The position numbers and the translations under genes were made by a program. The notes under the pieces were generated by a model, which did no database searches, was not told the DNA's origin, and saw only the letters and a list, made by a program, of their open reading frames with translations. Shown piece after piece: positions 53,313-64,000 of a DNA stretch of 64,000 bases. This DNA is from Eledone cirrhosa. Taxonomy: Eukaryota. The stretch lies in contig OZ024741.1 of the NCBI GenBank assembly GCA_964016885.1, positions 173,290,001 to 173,354,000 of the forward strand, in the 5' to 3' direction. How positions within the stretch are numbered: the first letter of the stretch is position 1; the number at the start of each line of letters is the position of its first letter.

Positions 53313-54733
53313 GTAATATGACAAAATTTTGTAAATATTATTTAAAAAAAAAATAAAAACAAAGAAAACGAAATGATGATCATCAATTTAGTGTAGAATT
53401 GGTAATGCATTGGATAAAATACCATTGTGGTATTTGTTCTGGCTCTTTATAATGTGTGTTTAAATCCCACCGAGGCCAATTTTGCCTTTCATCCTTCCAG
53501 GATTAATAAAATAAAGCGTCAGCCAAGTACTAGGATTGATTTAATCAACATTGCTCTTCTTCCGTTTTTGATAGCTTAGTGTCTAAATTAGAAATCAATA
53601 TTAAGATTTTTTAAAAAATGCAAAAAAACAAAATGAAATCTGTTAATTATAATTGCATGGTAATTGTTAGTAATTAATTATAAGTAGAATATTAATAATT
53701 GATTATGGATTTTGGTTCCATTCATTTTGAGCAAAGTCATTTTGAATTAATGGTAATTTCAGCAAAGATTAATTTAAAGCAAAATATATACTATCGTATA
53801 CCTTGCCTACAACATTACTTTTTGAATTTTTATTCTTTCTAGAATTTTTTTTTAGATTTTAAACGTTGTGAATTTTTAGTTCTTTCTACCATAAAATAAT
53901 GTATCAATTTTTAATAATTTTTTATTTACCCGTTGTAAAGGTGTACAGGTGTACAGATTTGTACAGAAAATTGTAGATTTCTAGTATATTCTTATTTTTA
54001 TCAACTTAGCTCAAAGTGTCTTTAAAAAAACTGTTTGAGATTCACTCAAACTGACATTGCTTAATAGGCATCACTCAAAATGCACATAATTTTAACTTCG
54101 CTCAAATGACTGGACATGTGGGAGGTTACCACACTATTTTCTACTGTTTACACAATGCTTGAAGCAAGCTACAATACCCTAAGATTTTTAAGACTTCATA
54201 CCCATCATGGGGTCACTTTTTATCAATGCTTTATAGGAGGATGCCCTTCCTAGCATTAATCCTGCCAAGTTATTTAGTCAGGGAGAGAAGAGCAGTGCCC
54301 ATGACCCTTTTCATGACTTATGAGATTGGTGGGAAGGAAGAAGGTATCTTTGAACCAGAGACCCTGCCTGAATGCTTCCAACAGAGTGGATTTTGTTAAA
54401 GATATTTTTGCAAGCAATTGTCTTTTAAAAGTTTTATTTCCATATTTCTATTGAAAGAGACTTTTCAAATAATTTTTGAAAATAATCAAGAATTTGTAGG
54501 AATTTAGTAATATAAATAATTTTCTCATTATTAAGCTGGTGTTTGGTACATAACTTATCAAAGGTTCTTACATGAAATTATGATAGAAGGTTTTTAGATA
54601 AATATTAACTCTTTAAAAATATACAGCTTTGTATTGTGGAACTAGGAATGGTTTCATCTGCTTTAGTATCAAAAAGGTTATGAACATGATATGTCGAGAT
54701 ATAATGAAACATTGAATATGTTATTCTCTTCAG

Positions 54734-54957
54734 GTGATAAGTGAGCGAGATATTCTTGGAACTCAACTGGTTCGACGAAATGATGAGTTGGCATTGTTGT
54801 TTGAGAAAATTAAAATCCAGCAGTCAACATTAAGTAAAGGTGAAGTCCAGTATGACCAAAGACTTGAAGATATACGAGTTTTGAAACTGGAAATAAAGAA
54901 ACTCAGAAGGGAGAAAGTCATTCTGGAAAAATCTGTGGCCAATGTCAATGATCTAAG
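54734..54957 (+). CDS. CFAP58: CFAP58 exon: VISERDILGTQLVRRNDELALL...VNDL
   Basis: ttcag|...|gtgcgt; phase 0 to 2. Confidence 0.96.
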
Positions 54958-55338
54958 GTGCGTGTAGTGAAATATATTTTATTACTTTTGTGCTATCATT
55001 ATAATTGTTGTTAAGAAAAAAAGGTAAAAGGCCTTTAATTCCTGATGGGGCCATAGGTGTGTCGTCCTGATACACTGTTTCTGGAAACATTTTTAACATA
55101 TTAAACTTGACAGAGACCTTTTGTCTCTGGTTCTAAATCAGTCAATTTCTTACAGAGAAAGAAAGAAATAGAGAAAGACAGAGGGATATATATATATATA
55201 TATAATCATCATCATCATTACTGTTTTTCATTCATTCTTCCACGCTTGCATGGGTTAGATGAGTTGTCCTGGTGTGGGCAATGTCAGGTCAGGTGACCAT
55301 ATCTTGCTTAATATATATATATATATATATATAAAGAG

Positions 55339-55428
<90 letters not shown>

Positions 55429-56639
55429 TTGAAAGTATGCGAAGCTCAGCCAGATTTGAACTTTTTTTATCATGGCAGTGATTATTTATTCAGCAATGCC
55501 TTGTTCACCAGAAATCTTAAACTGAGTCATTTTTTAATCTGACACCCTACTCTGTCAATTTGCTGCCTTCATCATTGTTGTTACTTATTTTTTACTGTTT
55601 AGTGAGGGAAGGAAGGTCAGTGTCCATGACTCTTTCCAGAACCTCTTCAAGACTTGTGGGATAGACATAGGAAGACATTGTGGGATAGGCATTGCAACAC
55701 AATGAACTGTTAAAGACACCTATGGGTCAGGTGGTGATTTAAAACTTATTGGTGGATTAAGTCTACTACTTAAATAGGCCACAGCATGGTTTGTACTCAG
55801 AATGTAAAGCGCCATAATAAATAATACAAGACATCTCATCCAATGCTCTAACAACAGCACAATGTAAAGAACTGGAACAAATACAGCATATCATTTTTTT
55901 CAACATTCTAACAATTCTGCCAAACTACTGCCCTAGACTAGTACTTTATTTTATCAAACTCAGAAGGACAAAAGACAAAGTTGACCTCACTGGGATTTAA
56001 ATTCAGAATGTATAAACCTGGAACAAAGTACCACAAATCATTTTGTCCAGCACTCCAATGTTCATACCCTTAATGACAACAACAACAATACCAAGCATTT
56101 TAAGGTCAATTTCCCTGTTAAAGCAGGGATTAGCCTTGCAGCCCTCATGATAAGTTTCTCCATTTTTCCTGTTGTCTGCATCCCCCTTCACCAATACCCT
56201 GGCTTTCATTTTCAGTCATGTCTTTCTTGGTCTCCCCTTCATTTACTTCCTTCCATATTCATTTCCATCATTCCTCTCATCCTTCCTCCAACACATGATT
56301 CAACAATTTCATTCAATTACTTTTCACAACATTCATCATTGGCTCTATTCCTCTCACCTAGTGACTTTTATCCTTGCTCAACACATTACCTAGCCATTTT
56401 ATTTCAATTCTCTTCCCAACATTCATCACTAGTTCTATTCTAGTCATCCTCTGTAATACTTTGTTTGTCTTTCATGTGTATCCGGTGTAGAATAGGTACA
56501 CTGTATCATTGCATGTCATGAGGTAACTAAAAGAGTTCATGCCAGGACTGGCACCTAGCCATGAAACAATGCCTCATAATTATTTTCTAAGTTATAATTA
56601 AATAATTATTTAGAATTATATTTGAGCACTTATAATGAT

Positions 56640-57483
56640 GGATGTTTCTGTTGGATATTTCTGTTTTTGATATTTCTCTAATTTATTGTTTCTGTGTTTG
56701 ATGTTTTTGTGTTTAATGTTTCTATGTTTGATGCTTCTGTTTGATATTTCTATGTTTAATATCACTGTGTTTAATATTTCTGTGTTTGATGCTTCTGTTT
56801 GATATTTCTATGTTTGATATCACTGTTTAATGTTTCTATGTTTGATGCTTCTGTTTGATATTTCTATGTTTAATATCACTGTGTTTAATATTTCTGTGTT
56901 TGATGCTTCTGTTTGATATTTCTATATTTGATATCACTGTGTTTAATATTTCTGTTTGATGCTTCTGTTTGATATTTCTATGTTTGATATCACTGTGTTT
57001 AATATTTCTGTGTTTGATGCTTCTGTTGGATATTTTTATATTTGATATCACTGTGTTTAATGTTTCTATGTTTGATGCTTCTGTTTGATATTTCTATATT
57101 TGATATCACTGTGTTTAATATTTCAGTGTTTGATGCTTCTGTTTGATATTTCTATGTTTGATATCACTGTGTTTAATGTTTCTATGTTTGATGCTTCTGT
57201 TGGATATTTCTATGTTTGATGCTTCTATTTGATATTTCTATGTTTGATATCTCTGTGTTTCAATGTTTCTATGTTTGATGCTTCTGTTTGATATTTCTAT
57301 GTTTGATATCACTGTGTTTAATATTTCTATGTTTGATATCACTGTGTTTAATGTTTCTATGTTTGATATTTCTATGTTTGATATCACTGTGCTTAATGTT
57401 TCTATGTTTGATGCTTCTGTTGGATATTTCTATGTTTGATATCTCTTTGTTTCAACGTTTCTATGTTTGATATTTCTGTATGA
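56640..57483. repeat. Minisatellite of 13/15-nt subunits with a ~58-nt higher-order unit
   Basis: tgtttgatgcttc-tgtttgatatttcta-tgtttgatatcactg-tgtttaatatttctg repeated. Confidence 0.9.
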
Positions 57484-57486
57484 TAG

Positions 57487-57598
57487 ACAAGAAGTGTATG
57501 ACACCCAGAAGGAACTGCTTCGGGAACGAACTCGCTGTAAAGCTCTGGAAGAGGAACTTGAGAACCCCCTCAATATTCACCGATGGCGAAAACTTGAG
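57487..57598 (+). CDS. CFAP58: CFAP58 exon: (R)QEVYDTQKELLRERTRCKALEEELENPLNIHRWRKLE
   Basis: gatag|...|gtaaga; hallmark LENPLNxHRWRKLE. Confidence 0.96.
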
Positions 57599-58009
57599 GT
57601 AAGACATTTTAAATCATATGATTTATTTTCATTCTATTTTTATAGAATTATTATAATTCTGTATTCCAATGTAAACATGCTGCAATAATATTAATATCTT
57701 ACCACCTATGTACATTTGAGATTGCTTTAAAAATGATGATGATGATGACAACAACAACAACAACAACGACAAATGTAACATTAAGGAAAACACAACTGCC
57801 CAGGATGAAAACATAGAGTGTGTGTGTGTGTGTGTTGGTGTGTGGGTTTTGTGTGTAAACAAATTTTAACAATGTTAAAAGAGAAAGATAACAATAAAAA
57901 TTAAAACCAAGGGAAATCCTCAATAGGGAGATGTTTGTGTGTCACTCAGCATACCAGCCTCCCCTCTCCATGCCTATACACAATGCTTCAACCAAAATAC
58001 AACATTCCG

Positions 58010-58054
<45 letters not shown>

Positions 58055-58057
<3 letters not shown>

Positions 58058-58389
58058 TGAACCCCCGGCATTTGCGATCCTGACATTCGCATTCCTAGTT
58101 ATTCACAGAAAATTTCCTTCGAACCTAATTAATAATTGTTCGTGGAAACCACCGCATATTCTCGAAATCATAAATCTCTTCCGAAATTTTTTTATGGCAA
58201 CATATATTTTTTCATGCTTTTTAACGCTAAATTATTAATAACAATATACTGTATTTGCCAGCTTATATTTTATGTCATGTTTTGATGTTTATAGGCATTT
58301 TTATGGACCACATCCAATATTTGCAGTTTTTTCACTCTTTGCAAGTGCTCTAGGAATGTAATCCCCACAAATACTGGGGGTGGGGACAA

Positions 58390-58392
<3 letters not shown>
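58055..58392. mobile_element. Tigger/pogo-like MITE in (TA)n
   Basis: ta-CAGTGAACCCC...GGGGACAACTG-ta degenerate terminal inverted repeats. Confidence 0.55.
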
Positions 58393-58439
<47 letters not shown>

Positions 58440-58511
58440 ATTGTATATATAATGTAATAATATGAGTGAGCTATGTAATGAGAATAATTTCTGTTGTATA
58501 TTCTGTTACAG

Positions 58512-58736
58512 AGCAGTGACCCAACTATGTACAAAATGATCCAAAGAACTCACACTCTGCAGAAGAGGTTAATAAAGAAGACTGAGGAAGTAGTTGAGAA
58601 GGAACTACTAATCCAAGAAAAAGAGAAGCTTTACATTGAGTTGAAACATATCTTAGCTCGGCAGCCAGGACCAGAAGTGGCTGAGCAGCTTTCTATTTAT
58701 CAACAGACTTTTAAAAACAAAGTCAAACAAATGAAG
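58512..58736 (+). CDS. CFAP58: CFAP58 exon: SSDPTMYKMIQRTHTLQKRLI...ARQPGPEVAEQL...KQMK (GC donor)
   Basis: tacag|...AAG|gcaaga; 225 nt. Confidence 0.93.
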
Positions 58737-59867
58737 GCAAGAATCATATATACCATAATAACTGTACACCTTTTTTGTCTGCCTGTCACATGAATGCTAT
58801 GATCTGTCAAAAACATTTTTAAATGTTTATTTAGAATTAATTGCTGGAACAAAAATGTAAGACCCAATGTTCTAAATGTTCTAAAATGCTTTCATTCATA
58901 CCAGGAATCAGCATTTTGTCAATAGGTTTGTCCCTCTCTCTCACTGTATATAATTTTTTTTCATTATCATCATCATTATTATCATCATCGTCATTGTCAT
59001 CCTTATCATCATCATTCAATGTCTGTTCTCCTAGCTAGTGAGGGTTAATCCATAAACATAGCATTGTTGAAGTTTGGTGAAGAAATCAAATATTACTTAT
59101 TCCATCCGTAAAAGGAATAAAATATGTATTAGTAATAATTATGTAGAGATAAACTGATTTTATAGCTGTATTAAATTTCAAAGGACAGTAGGTAAGATAA
59201 GATATTTAGTTTGGAAATAGGTGATCCCAAGGGATGCAAACATTTGACATGCTGTTAATAGATTCAACCCCTACTGCAGTCATTGCATAGCTAGCTAGGA
59301 CATCACTACCTAATATACACAGTTATTGCTTTTAGGATTAATTGAGCAGAGCAACCCAGATGAAGAGTCAAGGATTCCATGAATAGAGCAGTGATCTAAA
59401 ATGTTTGGTGATTAATCCAGTCACTTTCATCCCTCCCCAACACATGACCCAACTATCTAATTCCATTTATTTCCACAACATTCATCATTGGTTCTATTTC
59501 CATCATCCTTTGCAATTCATTGTTTGTTTTCTGTGTATCCAGTTTAGAATAGGTTCACCATATCTCTATGTGTCAAATAGCTAACCAGGATGTAACTACT
59601 TAATATACCCTTTAATTGGTTCTAGTCAATGAAATGGGGCCATGATGGAGCACTGCTTTAAAGAATTAGTTGATCATAGTGACCTAAATGAGGGTGTCAA
59701 AAGTTCAATGAAGCGAGCAATGATCTAAAACGTTTGTGGACTCCTGGTATAGAGGGTAGTAACTGAAGAAATAAGATTAAATATTGAGAAAATTCAAATA
59801 ACTGTAAAAGCAAGAAGTTGTTTCAAAAGTATAGTTATGTTAATCAGAGTTTTACTGGGATTTACAG

Positions 59868-60001
59868 GTTATGGCCTCTGAGCTAACAATGTATGAATCA
59901 CAGGCTAGTGAAGATAAATACGAAAAGGAAAGACTGGCAAGAGAGCTACAGGAAGTGAAGAAGAAATATTTCCTCCAGAAGAAGAGAGAAGAGCAACAAA
60001 A
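59868..60001 (+). CDS. CFAP58: CFAP58 exon: VMASELTMYE...VKKKYFLQKKREEQQ
   Basis: tacag|...|gtaaat; phase 0 to 2. Confidence 0.93.
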
Positions 60002-60544
60002 GTAAATATGTTCATTGTTTGTTCATGTGTATATATGTCTATGTGTGCATGGTGTGTGTGTACATGAGTCTGTGTGTATTTGTGTATGCGTGTGTGTACA
60101 TGTGTTTGTGTACATGTGAATGAGTGTGTACATGTGTATCTGTGTGTGTGTACATGTGTATGTGTGTGGTACTTGTATGTTGTGTGATATGTGTATGATG
60201 TACATGTGTGTGTAAATATATGAAGCTCAGTGGTTGGGCTGTTTGGCTCATGATATTAAAGGTCATGAGTTCAATTCTTGGTAGAATGTTCTGTCCTTGA
60301 ACAACACACTTTATTTCATGTTGCTCCAGTCCATGCATTTGGAAAAATTTAGTTGTATTTGTAATTCAAAGAGCCTGTTTTGTCACACACTGAATCTCCC
60401 TGAGAACTGTGTTAAGGGTACTTGTGTCTGTGGAATGGTTAGCCAGTTAGCATGTTAATTTCATGAGAAGGCTGTTCCATTGTTTGAACATCTGAAACAC
60501 TTGTCATTGAAACCAATAGTGCTTGAATGGGTGTGCATTTGTGT

Positions 60545-61310
60545 GTGTCGCAGAGCTGCATCATTTCAAATCTGGGAGCAGTACTCACACTAATGTGTGT
60601 GTGTGTGTTTGTGTGCATGCATGCATGGCTGTGTGTGTGTTTGTGTATGTGTGTGTTTGTGTGTGTGCATGCATGCCTGTGTGTGTGTGTGTTTGTGTGC
60701 ATGCATGCCTGTGTGTGTGTGTTTGTGTCTGTGTGTGTTTGTGTCTGTGTGTGTTTGTGCCTGTGTACATGCATCTCTGTGTGCATGCATGCTTGTGTGT
60801 GTGTGTATGTATGTAAGAGTTTCACCATCTCAAATCTGTGAACAACACTCACACTAAAGTGTGTCTGTCTGTGTTTGTGTGTGTGTGTGTGTGTATGTGA
60901 GTGTGTGTGTGTGTGTGTGTGTTTGTGTCTGTGTGCATGCCTGTGTGTGTGTATGTATGTCAGAGCTACACCATCTCAAATCTGTGAACAACACTCGCAC
61001 TAATGTTTGTCTGTCTGTGTTTGTGTATGTGTGTATGTATGTGAGTGAGTGTGTGTATGTGTGTCTGTATGTCTGTATGTCTGTGTGCATGCATGCCTGT
61101 GTGTGTGTGTGTATGTATGTCAGAGCTGCACCATCTCAAATCTGTGAACAACACTCGCACTAATGTGTGTCTGCCTGTGTTTGTGTGTGTATGTGTGTGT
61201 GTATGTGAGTGAGTATGTGTGTGTGTATGTGAGTGTGCGTGTGTGTATGTATGTGAGTGTGTGTGTGTGTATGTGAGTGAGTGTGCATGTGAGTGAGTGT
61301 GCATGTGTGT
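60545..61310. repeat. Compound repeat: ~45-nt unique block repeated 4 times, separated by (TG)-rich tracts
   Basis: cagagctgcaccatctcaaatctgtgaacaacactcgcactaa near 60551, 60817, 60961 and 61121. Confidence 0.8.
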
Positions 61311-61350
61311 AGATGTTTATTCATATTTAGCTTTTGATTTTTCTTTCCAG

Positions 61351-61468
61351 AGATCGAGAACAAACACTAGCACAGAGTGGTCTACCTTTGATCCATCCTA
61401 ACAAACATGCAGGAAGTCGATTCACTGGGGGAGGCTTTAATCTGAGACCAGATAAGACTGTTGCTTAA
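61351..61468 (+). CDS. CFAP58: CFAP58 last coding exon: (K)DREQTLAQ...RFTGGGFNLRPDKTVA*
   Basis: ttccag| acceptor, conserved FTGGGF, TAA at 61466-61468. Confidence 0.93.
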
Positions 61469-61683
61469 GTTGACAAAAGTTTTTGTGTTGTTGTCTTTGT
61501 ATGTGTACCTGGCATGTTGAAAGGTCTGTCAATTTGTTTGCATGTATCAGGGTATGTATGTTTTCATATATGTATGTATGAATGTGTGTATAAATGTATG
61601 TATGCATATATGTGTATATATGCATGTGTGAGCATATGTATGCATGCATGTTGTGTATATACGATTATGTATATATATATATA

Positions 61684-61765
<82 letters not shown>

Positions 61766-61870
61766 TACACATATATATATATATATGTATACATACACAC
61801 ATATACATATACATGTATATATATATATGTATGCGTGTGTGTGTGTGTGTATATATATATTATATGTATG

Positions 61871-61903
<33 letters not shown>

Positions 61904-61996
61904 TTATATCCATATGAAGTTGATAGTTGAGAGAAAAGAGTACTCAATACCGAAGTAGAATTTAATTATTCATTTTATTAAGGCTAAATTGTGAGT

Positions 61997-62044
61997 CTTG
62001 TTACTCTAGAGTTTCACCTGTTTATCACAGGGTCATTAGACAAG
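61997..62044 (-). ncRNA. Type I hammerhead with a G5A core mutation
   Basis: Minus strand cttgt-CTAATGA-c cctgt gataa acagg t-GAAA-ctctagag-TA-acaag, AATAAA downstream. Confidence 0.7.
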
Positions 62045-62872
62045 TATGTATATGTGAATGTACATCATGTATATGTGTGTGTTTGTTTGTGTGTTCATAT
62101 ATACATATTTTAAATTTACACTGCAACCAAACAAAATCTTGTTAAACCTATTGATTTGAAAGAAAAAAAAAACAAAGAACAAGAAAAATACAGAAAATTA
62201 TATTGAAAGATATTTTGCTACAGTATTTATTGCAATAATCTTAATACTAGTTTCACCAAACTATAATTAAAGAAAAATGATAATAATTGTTTTGCAAATA
62301 TAATATTCTCCTGCTCATTAAGTTTAACAGAACTGCTTCTGTTGATGATGGTTTTGTTGAGCTTAACCACAATCCTTAATGTGTTCAACATTTTAACCAT
62401 TTCCATACCAACCTGGAAAAAGCCAGTTCTGGTTCTATAAATCAGAGTCACTCATTTTAACTCTTAACATCCTGTAAATAATTTAGCAGAAAATATCTGA
62501 AAATAGTTTTGTTAATTTAAATGTATATAGTGTGGACACATTATTGTTAAAATTTGTTGTTGACTCATGTAAATTTTTAATGTGATGCAATCATAGTGCT
62601 GCTTTGTACTTTTCAAAAATGATTTACTAATGTGAATTTATGTGGTATAGGATGTTTAGAGTTCAAGAGTACGAATTTAAATTAAAATCTTCCCGCATAA
62701 TTTTTTATATAAGAACCATGTGTTAAGTTACTATCTTAATAATGAAATTATCATTGTCACATTTTCTCTGCAAGCAAGGTTTGAACAAATTAATAATGTT
62801 AGTAAGTTCCTAAAAATTATTAATTAATTAATTGAAATACAGTGTTTATTTTATTAGAAATACAGTCATTAA

Positions 62873-63098
62873 CCCTTTAGCATTTACATTACTCTATGTA
62901 TATATATTATTATATTTTCATGATAAAGACTTTACCTCATACAATTATGTCACATGACATCGAATCTATGATATTTTGATATTATGATATTTTGAGAACA
63001 ATACCTTAACATAAGTATGAGCAGACAGTTACAGCCAGTTTTAATAGAAAGAAGTGAGAGAATGGTGGCTGGATATGACCAGTTTAAATGCTAAAGGG
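62873..63098 (+). mobile_element. piggyBac-like MITE (TTAA TSD)
   Basis: ttaa-CCCTTTAGCATTTA...TAAATGCTAAAGGG-ttaa. Confidence 0.85.
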
Positions 63099-63423
63099 TT
63101 AAGTCAACAGTACACTTATCATCAGTTATAGGGTGTCTCAAATATTTGCAACAGTGAACTATGTAATATCTTTCTTATTTTGATTCTCTTGGAAGGAAAG
63201 AGTTGGAATCGGTGTTATCAATGGTTTTGATTCTCTCTCTACCATTTCTGGCACTGTTTGTGGCTATATGGAGGCATTTTCGAATTATTTAGGATCTTGT
63301 GACTGTTTTATTTGATTTGTATTAAGGCTTCAGGAATATTTCATTAAACTGAGTCACTATCTAGACTCAAATCAGCTGTGTTGTGTTTGTGTTATACTGA
63401 GTCTGTATATCTGTGATTTGGAA

Positions 63424-63533
<110 letters not shown>

Positions 63534-63561
63534 TACAAACATACACACATATATATATACA

Positions 63562-64000
63562 CTATAAAGTTCTAGTATGTAGAAAGGAAAATAGGGTACA
63601 GGTACCCTCTGGGAAATGGCCATGCTCAGTGTGTAGGAAAGGAGTAGGCAGAAATTCCATATTATGTCCCAAATGCAAACTATGGGTACATAAAAGATGT
63701 AGTGGGATCACAGGTAAGCTATCTAAGAACGTAGATTTTATATGTGGCCGATGCTCAGGTGCAATAAGTAGCAAGTGCCCACAGGATACTAACTCTTTCT
63801 ATTGCCCAGATGGTTCTATAGAAATAGTGGACACCTTCCGTTACCTGGGTGACAAAATCAGCAGTGGTGGAGGGTGCTCTGAAAGTACAGTAGCCAGAGT
63901 CAGAACTGGATGGAAAAAGTTCAGAGAGCTTATACCACTATTGGCTACTAAAGGTTTCTCTCTAAAAATGAAAGGCAGATTGTATGATGCCTGTATACGA
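63562..64000 (+). mobile_element. RTE LINE fragment running off the window end
   Basis: [33 protein letters not shown]...FRYLGD...RVRTGWKKF. Confidence 0.9.

Overview
Eukaryotic, AT-rich, microsatellite-saturated animal DNA. The repeat repertoire suggests an octopus-like cephalopod, which is an inference. It holds 15 coding exons of CFAP58/CCDC147 on the + strand (16582-61468). They splice into one continuous 850-codon frame that lacks only the N-terminal exon(s) and needs one GC-AG intron. Around and inside the gene are a near-intact RTE LINE, many RTE fragments, a decayed Penelope-like element (RT + GIY-YIG) with two pseudo-LTRs, Helitrons, tRNA-derived SINEs and TTAA/TA MITEs. The main unannotated signal is about 14 type I hammerhead ribozyme (HHR) motifs or remnants from several unrelated sequence families. 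Most sit in short elements embedded in (TA)n. Several occur as fold-back palindromes carrying an HHR on each strand, some have the compensatory U3:A8 core, and two lie on the sense strand of CFAP58 introns. All structures were read by eye; no searches or folding programs were run.
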